This document shows, piece after piece, positions 10,046-17,540 of a stretch of DNA of 32,000 bases; position 1 is the first letter of the stretch; every line of letters starts with the position of its first letter. The notes under the pieces are model-generated. The model worked only from the letters and a program-made list of their open reading frames with translations. It did no database searches and was not told the origin of the DNA. Position numbers and translations under genes: made by a program. The DNA comes from Wigglesworthia glossinidia endosymbiont of Glossina morsitans morsitans (Yale colony) (GTDB lineage: Bacteria > Pseudomonadota > Gammaproteobacteria > Enterobacterales > Enterobacteriaceae), in NCBI RefSeq assembly GCF_000247565.1, contig NC_016893.1, forward strand, positions 300,001 through 332,000, read 5' to 3'.

Positions 10046-11344
10046 ATGCACATTAATGAAATTAATTTTGATCGTAATCATATTTGGCATCCATACACTT
10101 CTATTACACAACCTTTAAAAACTTATCCTGTTGTTTCTGCTAAAAAATGCAACTTAAAATTAAGTAATGGAAAATTATTAGTTGACGGAATGTCATCTTG
10201 GTGGACTGTAATTCATGGATATAATCATCCGAAAATTAATCATGCAATCATAAAACAATTAAAAAAAATGTCTCATGTTATGTTTGGAGGAATTACACAT
10301 ATTCCAGCAATAAAGTTATGTAAAAAAATTATGAATTTTGTTCCAAAAACACTCGAGTCTATTTTTTTATCCGATTCTGGTTCAGTATCTGTTGAAGTAG
10401 CATTAAAAATGGCTTTGCATTATTGGAATTCTAAAAATAAAAAAAAGAATATGTTTCTTTCATTATCCGGAGGATATCATGGAGATACATTTGGGGCTGT
10501 TTCAATATGTGATCCTCAATTTTCTATGCATCATATATATCAAGGATATATGCCTAAGCAAAAATTTATGAATGTTTTTCATCGTGATTTTGGCGATTCT
10601 TGGAAAGAAGGAGATGACAAAAACTTAATTAAATTAATTGAAAAAAACCATAAAAATTTAGCAGCAGTAATTGTAGAACCAATTGTACAAGGAATAGGAG
10701 GTATGAGATTCTATCATGTACAATATTTAGTTACTTTAAAAAAGTTATGCGATTTTTACAAAATATTATTAATAATAGATGAAATTGCTACAGGATTTGG
10801 TCGTACAGGAAAACTTTTTGCATGTAATTATGCCGATATCGTACCAGATATCTTATGCATAGGAAAAGCTTTAACTGGTGGATCAATTACACTTGCTGCT
10901 ACTTTAACAACACAAAAAGTGTCTTCAACAATTTGTAGTGGTAAGTATTCTTCATTTATGCATGGTCCTACTTTTATGGCAAATCCACTATCCTGTGCAG
11001 CTGCATATGCTAATTTAAAATTACTTGAAAATAATAATTGGAAAAATCAAGTAAAATTTATTTCGCATTATATGTTAAAATTTTTATTAAAGTTAAAATT
11101 TCACCCTTATGTGTTCAATATAAGAGTACTGGGAGCTATTGGAGTCGTAGAAACAAAATTTCTTATAAATCTTGAAAAAATTCAAAAATGTTTTGTAAGT
11201 AATGGAGTTTGGATTAGGCCTTTTAAAAATTTAATATATTTAATACCTCCTTATATTATTTCTAAAAATGAAATAAAAAAATTAGTAAATGCAATTTTGC
11301 ATGCTTTAAATGATGAAAAAAATTTTATTATTCCTACAAATTAA
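10046..11344 (+). CDS. bioA: Adenosylmethionine-8-amino-7-oxononanoate aminotransferase
   Basis: 432 aa. Contains HIWHPYTS, LVDGMSSWW, IHGYNHP, DEIATGFGRTGKLFAC, PDILCIGKALTGG (PLP lysine) and MHGPTFMANPL. Divergent from bioB, as in E. coli. Confidence 0.96.
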   Translation: MHINEINFDRNHIWHPYTSITQPLKTYPVVSAKKCNLKLSNGKLLVDGMSSWWTVIHGYNHPKINHAIIKQLKKMSHVMFGGITHIPAIKLCKKIMNFVPKTLESIFLSDSGSVSVEVALKMALHYWNSKNKKKNMFLSLSGGYHGDTFGAVSICDPQFSMHHIYQGYMPKQKFMNVFHRDFGDSWKEGDDKNLIKLIEKNHKNLAAVIVEPIVQGIGGMRFYHVQYLVTLKKLCDFYKILLIIDEIATGFGRTGKLFACNYADIVPDILCIGKALTGGSITLAATLTTQKVSSTICSGKYSSFMHGPTFMANPLSCAAAYANLKLLENNNWKNQVKFISHYMLKFLLKLKFHPYVFNIRVLGAIGVVETKFLINLEKIQKCFVSNGVWIRPFKNLIYLIPPYIISKNEIKKLVNAILHALNDEKNFIIPTN

Positions 11345-11492
11345 TTGTACATTAATTATTTAGAATTAATTATTTTTATGTTTTATAAATATTTTGTTAA
11401 ACATTTCAAACATCTAAGTTATTACTGGTATTCAATGCACTTAATATGTATTAAATATTTTTGTTAATCAACTTTTAAAGTTTATTAATATA

Positions 11493-12068
11493 TTAAATAT
11501 ACTCAAAGAAAGTAATAATTTTATTTATATTATCAATTTTGCTTATAGCACTAATAATTATTTTTTCTTCTTTTTTTAAAATATCTCCAAAAATAAATAC
11601 TTCTTTATTTTCTGTTATAATTTTTAAATTTCGTAATTTAAGTTTTTTATTAAAAATAATTTTTGCTCGAATTTTATTGGAAATCCAAGAATCTTCTAAA
11701 ATTTGCATAAGTTCAATAGGTTGTGAAATACGAATCTCGTTATAAATTTCTTTTGAATTATTATAATTCTCTACTATTTTTTGTATATGATTTAAAACAA
11801 AATAATTTAAAACTTGACCGATAATGAGTATTTTATTGTTATAAGCTATAATTGAAATACGTGAAGATTGATTTTTTAATATTGAATCATTAAAAAAAGC
11901 ACTTGAAATACGCATTTTTAAAGTTAAATTATCAACTTGAGTTCCTATGGATCTGGGATCAGATGCTACTTTTATTGCAATTGCAGTGCCAAACATTTGT
12001 GTATTAGTGCACCCTAAAATAGAAGTAAATATCAAAAAAAATGTTACTAAAAGTTTTTTGTTATTCAT
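11493..12068 (-). CDS. dolP: Outer-membrane lipoprotein DolP (YraP), dual BON-domain protein
   Basis: 191 aa. Has a signal peptide ending in a lipobox-like ILGC. ASDPRSIGTQVDNLTL, EIYNEIRISQPI and ITENKEVFIFG match E. coli YraP ATDPRSVGTQVDDGTL, EVYNEIRQGQPI and TTENGEVFLMG. Sits divergently from rsmI, which corresponds to the E. coli yraL|lpoA-yraN-diaA-yraP locus. Confidence 0.88.
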   Translation of the reverse strand: MNNKKLLVTFFLIFTSILGCTNTQMFGTAIAIKVASDPRSIGTQVDNLTLKMRISSAFFNDSILKNQSSRISIIAYNNKILIIGQVLNYFVLNHIQKIVENYNNSKEIYNEIRISQPIELMQILEDSWISNKIRAKIIFNKKLKLRNLKIITENKEVFIFGDILKKEEKIIISAISKIDNINKIITFFEYI

Positions 12069-12266
12069 ATAATTGTGTATTAAAATAAAGAAATTGAATT
12101 AAAAAATTTTATATAAATAATATATGTTAATGCTATAAAATTATACATTTATTTTTAAATCAAAATAAATGTATACTAGCTATATATATGAAATAACAAA
12201 CTAAGTTAATTTTTCAATAGTATAGATATTATTCATGCAAATATATTTTGCTTTAACCTGATAAAA

Positions 12267-13121
12267 ATGCAAAAAAATAAAAAATTACCATCAACTTTAT
12301 ATATAGTACCTACTCCTATTGGAAATTTAAAAGATATTACTTATAGAGCAGTATCTGTATTAAAATATGTCGATATAATAGCAGCAGAAAGTGTTTTATA
12401 TGCAAAAATTTTATTAAAACATTTTTTAATTAAAAATCATTTGATATCTTTCAATAAAATTAATGAAAAAATTAAAACAAAACTTATAATTCGTTACTTA
12501 AAAAATAGAAAATCAATTGCACTAATATCGAATGCTGGTACACCTACAATTAGTGATCCTGGATATTACTTAATTTATATGTGCATAAAACATAAAATTA
12601 ATATTGTTCCGCTTCCAGGTCCATGTTCTTTGATTACTGCATTATCAGCATCTGGTGTTGCTACAAATAAGTTTTGTTATGATGGATTTTTACCTAAAAA
12701 AAAATCTGAAAGAATAGCATATTTAAATTCTTTAAAATTTGAACACAGAACTATTATACTATTCGAATCTTCACGTCGATTACTTATTAGTTTGCAAGAT
12801 ATTGCGCATATTTTAGGGATGCAAACGCATATTGTAATCGCTAAAGAATTAACAAAAATTTGGGAAACGATATATCGTAATACAGTAGAAAAAATTTTAA
12901 ATTTATTAAAAAATTCAAATATTTTGTTAAAAGGTGAAATTATACTTATTATAAAGCAAAATCAGATTGAATCTAAAATTATTTCGAAAAAAGCAATAAA
13001 ACTTTTAAAGTTATTAACTATGCAAATTTCTAAAAAACAAGCAACATTAATTGTTTCAAAAACTTTTAAAATTAAAAAAAATTTGTTATATAAATATATA
13101 ATTCAAAATATACATAACTAA
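12267..13121 (+). CDS. rsmI: 16S rRNA (cytidine1402-2'-O)-methyltransferase RsmI (YraL)
   Basis: 284 aa. LYIVPTPIGNLKDIT, DIIAAE, NAGTPTISDPGY, VPLPGPCSLITALSASG, FCYDGFLP and AKELTKIWETI are collinear with E. coli RsmI. Confidence 0.93.
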   Translation: MQKNKKLPSTLYIVPTPIGNLKDITYRAVSVLKYVDIIAAESVLYAKILLKHFLIKNHLISFNKINEKIKTKLIIRYLKNRKSIALISNAGTPTISDPGYYLIYMCIKHKINIVPLPGPCSLITALSASGVATNKFCYDGFLPKKKSERIAYLNSLKFEHRTIILFESSRRLLISLQDIAHILGMQTHIVIAKELTKIWETIYRNTVEKILNLLKNSNILLKGEIILIIKQNQIESKIISKKAIKLLKLLTMQISKKQATLIVSKTFKIKKNLLYKYIIQNIHN

Positions 13122-13158
13122 TAAATAAGATATATAGATATAATTACTATTTTTAATA

Positions 13159-13493
13159 AAGTTAGCTAGATAATCGCTAATAAAAATATTATTAGAGGAA
13201 AGTCCGGGCCTCATAGAACAAGATGCCAGATAACATCTGGGAAGTGTAAACTTACGACTAGTGCAACAGAAAATAACCGCCATTTTTAATGGTAAGGGTG
13301 AAAAGGTGTGGTAAAAGCACACCGCAAATTTTAGAACAAAATTTGGCCGTGTAAACTCCATCTGAGGCAAGACCAAATAGAAATTTAAACTGTTCGTTTG
13401 AATATTTCGGGTAGGTCGCACGAATAAATACGCGAGTATTTATCTAGATAAATGATTATCCATGACAGAACCCGGCTTATAGGCTAACTGTAT
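13159..13493 (+). ncRNA. rnpB: RNase P RNA (M1 RNA, bacterial type A)
   Basis: Contains the universally conserved GAGGAAAGTCCGGGC (13195-13209). Also has AGTGCAACAGAAA, GGTAAGGGTGAAA.GGTG.GGTAA.AGC.CACCG, GTAAACTCC, GCAAG.CCAAATAG and, near the 3' end, ACAGAACCCGGCTTA (13465-13479). It is collinear with E. coli rnpB. The 5' AGTTAGCTA can pair with the 3' TAGGCTAACT as helix P1. Ends are approximate (about +/-10 nt). Confidence 0.9.
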
Positions 13494-13650
13494 TAAAAAT
13501 TAATATAATTTTGCATATATTTAATACAATTTTTAATTTTTTCTTAAAAAATAAAAAGTTCTATTAAAATTAATATTAATATTTTTATATATAAATTGAT
13601 ATTTGTGTATTAGTATACTATTATAATAAAAAATAAAAATATAACACTAC

Positions 13651-14445
13651 ATGAAAAAAATTAATATTAATGATATTTATCAATTTAAATCAAAGCATAA
13701 AAAATTTGCTGCAATTACTGCTTATGATGCAACATTTGCTAATTTATTTTTTTCGCACGGTATCAAGGTAATTTTAATAGGAGATTCGCTAGGTATGACA
13801 GTACAAGGCCACTGTTCTACTATACCAGTAAAAATGGAAGACATGATATATCATACAAAATGTGTAAGACGCGGCGCACCATACTGTTTTCTTATTGCAG
13901 ATCTTCCTTTTATGAGTTATTTTAATGTCAAAGATGCTCTAAAAAATGCTTCTAAATTAATGCAATCTGGAGCAAATATGGTTAAACTTGAAGGCGGAGA
14001 TAAAATTCTTGAAATTGTCCATCAATTAAATATAAATTCTATTCCCGTATGTGGGCATATCGGATTAACACCACAATCAATTAATATGTACGGATCGTAT
14101 AAAATACAAGGTAAAAAAAAATCTGAAATAAAACGTTTGATAAACGAAGCTACTCTTTTAGAAAAATCAGGAGTAAAGTTATTAGTTTTAGAGTGTATCG
14201 TGCAAAATTTATCTAAAGTTATTACTGAAAAATTAAAAATTCCAACAATAGGTATCGGGTCTGGATCAAGTACTGACGGACAAATTTTAGTGATGCACGA
14301 CATTTTAGGAATTACTTGCGGAAAAATTCCGTCTTTTGCGAAGAATTTTCTCTTAAATAATTCCGGAATACCTGAAGCAATCGAATTATATGTACAAGAA
14401 GTAGAAAATAAACATTTTCCACATGCACAACATAGTTTTAATTAA
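13651..14445 (+). CDS. panB: 3-methyl-2-oxobutanoate hydroxymethyltransferase (ketopantoate hydroxymethyltransferase)
   Basis: 264 aa. Contains FAAITAYDATFA, LIGDSLGMTVQGH, VRRGAP, ADLPFMSY, VKLEGG, PVCGHIGLTPQS and TDGQILVMHD. Ends in HSFN, compared with HSFH in E. coli. Confidence 0.96.
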   Translation: MKKININDIYQFKSKHKKFAAITAYDATFANLFFSHGIKVILIGDSLGMTVQGHCSTIPVKMEDMIYHTKCVRRGAPYCFLIADLPFMSYFNVKDALKNASKLMQSGANMVKLEGGDKILEIVHQLNINSIPVCGHIGLTPQSINMYGSYKIQGKKKSEIKRLINEATLLEKSGVKLLVLECIVQNLSKVITEKLKIPTIGIGSGSSTDGQILVMHDILGITCGKIPSFAKNFLLNNSGIPEAIELYVQEVENKHFPHAQHSFN

Positions 14446-14459
14446 ATAACATAATTATT

Positions 14460-15332
14460 ATGTTAATAATAAAAAAATCATACGAACTCATTCAAGTTCT
14501 AAACAAATTTAAATTAAAAAATTCTAATCTACAAATTTCCTTCATACCTACAATGGGAAATTTACATGCTGGGCATCTTGAATTGATCAAATACGGACTT
14601 TTGAAATCTCATTGCTTAATAGTTAGTATCTTTGTGAATCCAATACAATTTTCTGAATCAGAAGATTTTAAAAAATATCCCAAAAATTTAAAACAAGATA
14701 TTAAAAAGCTTATTGCATATCAAGTAGATATATTGTTTTGCCCTACATTAAAATCTATGTATCCTTACGGTTGCAAAAATCATACATATATTGATGTTCC
14801 TCAATATTCATCTATTTTGGAAGGAGAAAAAAGGCCAAAACATTTTTTAGGAGTAGCAACAATTATCGCTAAGTTATTTAATTTGATTCGTCCTCAAATA
14901 GCTATTTTTGGACAAAAAGATTTTCAACAATTAATTATGGTACGTCAATTAATTTTGCATATGAATTACAACATTAAAATAATTAGTGTGCCAACAATAA
15001 GAGAATTTGACGGTTTAGCACTTAGTTCAAGAAATCAATATTTGAGTATTAGAGAAAGAAAAATAGCTCCAAATTTGTATCAGATTTTATTTCAATTATC
15101 TAAAAAAATTAAATCTAATACAATAGACATCATTATTAATAATGAAAAAAGTTTTTTGCATGAAGCATCTTCTAAATTAATTGCCTGTGGATTTAAAATA
15201 GATCTTTTAAAAATAAGGAACGCGAAAAATCTTATGAAATTAAATAATAATAATAAACATATAATTATTTTATGCAGTGCATGGATTGGAAAAACACGAT
15301 TAATTGATAATATAAAATTTAAATTGTTTTAA
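14460..15332 (+). CDS. panC: Pantoate--beta-alanine ligase (pantothenate synthetase)
   Basis: 290 aa. Contains MLII..., PTMGNLHAGH, VSIFVNPIQF, FGQKDFQQL, GLALSSRN and RLIDN. Lies directly downstream of panB. Confidence 0.95.
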   Translation: MLIIKKSYELIQVLNKFKLKNSNLQISFIPTMGNLHAGHLELIKYGLLKSHCLIVSIFVNPIQFSESEDFKKYPKNLKQDIKKLIAYQVDILFCPTLKSMYPYGCKNHTYIDVPQYSSILEGEKRPKHFLGVATIIAKLFNLIRPQIAIFGQKDFQQLIMVRQLILHMNYNIKIISVPTIREFDGLALSSRNQYLSIRERKIAPNLYQILFQLSKKIKSNTIDIIINNEKSFLHEASSKLIACGFKIDLLKIRNAKNLMKLNNNNKHIIILCSAWIGKTRLIDNIKFKLF

Positions 15333-15498
15333 AAAAAATAATTTTATTTTATGAAATCTACGGTTTGGTTACAATAATTAAATATATCGAATATAGAATT
15401 TTTTTACAAGAATCTGAAACATTTGAAAATATTTTTTAAATAAAAGATTTTTTAAAGAAATAAGATAAAATACTATTTTAATTTGTACACTATTTATA

Positions 15499-15965
15499 AT
15501 GAAAAAAGAAAATTTTTTAACAATACAATATTGTTCGATTAAGAAACAATATACACCTTCTAAAAAAAAATACAATTATGGATATTAAAAACTTATAAAG
15601 TATGTAAAAGCATATCCTATAGAATTAATTTGCGTTTAGTAAACAAATGTGAAATTCATTTGCTTAATAAGAAATTTTTAAAAAAAAATTATCCCACGAA
15701 CATATTAGCATTTCCATACGATGTACAGTTAAATAAAAATGTATTATTTTTAGGAGATTTAGTAGTTTGCAATAAAATTATTCAAGAAGAAGCACATCAA
15801 CAAAAAAAAATAATTGATGCGCACTGGGCGCATATTATTGTTCACGGAACCTTACATTTACTAGGGTACGATCATGTCAATAGTTCAAAAAATAAAAAAA
15901 TTATGCAACTTTTAGAAATAAAAATACTACGTTTTCTCGGATATAATAATCCTTATGAAAAATAA
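15499..15965 (+). CDS. ybeY: Endoribonuclease YbeY (16S rRNA maturation), reading frame broken by a 1-nt frameshift inside an A9 tract. Either rescued by slippage or a young pseudogene.
   Basis: The track ORF 15630..15965 (111 aa, TTG start) carries NILAFPY, LGDLVVC, AHWAHIIVHGTLHLLGYDH (the H-x-x-x-H-x-x-x-x-x-H zinc motif) and LGYNNPY. It lacks about 45 N-terminal residues. An ATG at 15499 opens MKKENFLTIQYCSIKKQYTPSKKK in a different frame and stops at 15586. The downstream frame is open from 15564 (KKIQLWILKTYKVCKSISYRINLRLVN...). This stretch aligns with E. coli YbeY ...SQFQTWLNAVIP...EVTIRVV. The two frames overlap only across A9 at 15562-15570. One extra A gives a 155-aa product, the same length as E. 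coli YbeY. Confidence 0.85.
15562..15570 (+). repeat. A9 homopolymer at the ybeY frameshift point
   Basis: Nine consecutive A read directly in the sequence (tcTAAAAAAAAATac). The upstream frame is closed at 15586 and the downstream frame opens at 15564. Confidence 0.95.
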
Positions 15966-16011
15966 TTATAAATAATCAAAAAAATTTAATATTTTAATTC
16001 ATAAAATTTAA

Positions 16012-17532
16012 ATGAAGTACGATGCATTAATAATATTTATCTTTGGAATTTTAAATACAATTTCTTTTTCTCCATATGATTTCTGGCCTGCAAGTATTTT
16101 TTCTATATTTGGTTTATTAGTTATTATCAACAAATATCAATACTGGAAAAAAATTATTTTTTTAGGATTCATATGGGGTATAGGAAATTTTTTTAGTTCA
16201 ATATATTGGATATATTTTAGTATTTATCAATTTTTTGAGCTATCTTTCTTAATTAGCATTTTTTTAGTTTTTGTGTTATCAGTTTATTTATCATTATATC
16301 CTATGATTTTTGTTTTATTATTACAATATTTTTGTACACATATAAATCTTAAAAGATTTTTAATTGGAGCACCTTCCATATGGTTTTTTACAGAATTTTT
16401 AAGAGGCAAAATATTTACCGGATTTCCATGGTTAGAATTAGGATATAGTCAAATCGATGGACCTTTAAAAGGAATCGCTCCAATATTCGGAGTTTCGGGA
16501 ATATCATGTATTATAATAATCATCAGCGGTCTGATTTCACTTTCTTGGACGAAAAAAGAAATTTTTCCGTTAATTTTAAGTTTTAGTATATTAATTATTT
16601 TATATCCTTTAAATTTTTTAAAATGGTACACTTTTGATAAACAATATATAAAAATTGCGTTAGTACAAGGAAATGTACCACAATCTTTATATTTTGATAA
16701 TAATCAGGTAAATTTAATTTTAAAAAAATATATGCAAATTACTGAACCTTTTTTAAAGGTATCTAAAATTATTATTTGGCCAGAATCTGCAATTCCTTGT
16801 TATGATATAATATGTGACAATTTTTTAATGAATTTAGATCGAAAATTAAAACTAAAAAATTCTATTTTAATAACAGGGATAACAAGTTTTTATCAATCAG
16901 GATATTATAATAGCATTATGTTGCTAGGCAATGATCAATCATATGAATATAATTTAAAACATAAATATAATAAGCACTATTTAGTACCTTTTGGGGAAAC
17001 ACTCCCTATAAAAAATTTTTTTCAACCCATTTTAAAAAAATTTGGAATTTTCATTTTTAGTTTACAACGAGGAAAATATTTACAACCTCAGTTAAATATT
17101 TCAAATTTTCATTTTACCCCATCTATTTGTTATGAAATAATTTTTAGTGAAAAAATTAGAAACAATGTTCAATCCAATACAGATTTCTTACTTACTATAT
17201 CGAATGATATATGGTTTGGAAATACTATTGGACCTTGGCAACACTTACAAATGGCACGTATGCGAGCTTTAGAAACAGGAAAAACATTGTTAAGAAGTAG
17301 TAATAACGGAATTACTGCAATAATAAATCCAGATGGAACATTAAAATCAAAATTACCACAATTTGTATGTGATGTTTTATTTGAAATAATATCTCCGAGC
17401 AAAGGAGTAACACCTTATGTATTTTTTGGATCTATGCCAATTTGGATTATAGTAATTATATTTTTTATTTATTCTATAATATATAAGTTTAAACTTGTAG
17501 AGTTGTTTGAATTTTTTATGAAAACACGTTAA
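16012..17532 (+). CDS. lnt: Apolipoprotein N-acyltransferase
   Basis: 506 aa, collinear with E. coli Lnt (512 aa). Contains FSPYDFWPA, TEFLRGKIFTGFPWLELGYSQIDGPLKGIAPI, IIWPESAI (catalytic Glu), YNKHYLVPFGE (Lys), SICYEI (Cys), WFGNTIGPWQHLQMARMRALE and NNGITA. Confidence 0.94.
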   Translation: MKYDALIIFIFGILNTISFSPYDFWPASIFSIFGLLVIINKYQYWKKIIFLGFIWGIGNFFSSIYWIYFSIYQFFELSFLISIFLVFVLSVYLSLYPMIFVLLLQYFCTHINLKRFLIGAPSIWFFTEFLRGKIFTGFPWLELGYSQIDGPLKGIAPIFGVSGISCIIIIISGLISLSWTKKEIFPLILSFSILIILYPLNFLKWYTFDKQYIKIALVQGNVPQSLYFDNNQVNLILKKYMQITEPFLKVSKIIIWPESAIPCYDIICDNFLMNLDRKLKLKNSILITGITSFYQSGYYNSIMLLGNDQSYEYNLKHKYNKHYLVPFGETLPIKNFFQPILKKFGIFIFSLQRGKYLQPQLNISNFHFTPSICYEIIFSEKIRNNVQSNTDFLLTISNDIWFGNTIGPWQHLQMARMRALETGKTLLRSSNNGITAIINPDGTLKSKLPQFVCDVLFEIISPSKGVTPYVFFGSMPIWIIVIIFFIYSIIYKFKLVELFEFFMKTR

Positions 17533-17540
17533 AAGTCGAT

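Noticed and set aside
11357-11370. The 14-mer TATTTAGAATTAAT is repeated at 11357-11370 and 29487-29500
   Set aside because: At this base composition, on the order of a hundred 14-mer coincidences are expected in 32 kb. The flanks do not extend the match. It is not a repeat family or a mobile-element end.
13086-13421. 111-aa minus-strand ORF from the track
   Set aside because: It lies antisense to the unmistakable RNase P RNA gene (GAGGAAAGTCCGGGC ... ACAGAACCCGGCTTA). Its relatively GC-rich, stop-poor composition comes from the structured RNA. It resembles no protein that I recognise.
13492-13547. 10-bp inverted repeat (ATTAAAAATT ... AATTTTTAAT) downstream of rnpB, considered as a possible terminator
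   Set aside because: The arms are separated by about 36 nt and are pure A/T. That is within chance expectation for this composition, so I do not call it.
15378-15575. 65-aa minus-strand ORF between panC and ybeY
   Set aside because: It is a low-complexity F/I/K-rich peptide antisense to the ybeY 5' segment and the AT-rich spacer. The plus strand here encodes the genuine YbeY N-terminus.
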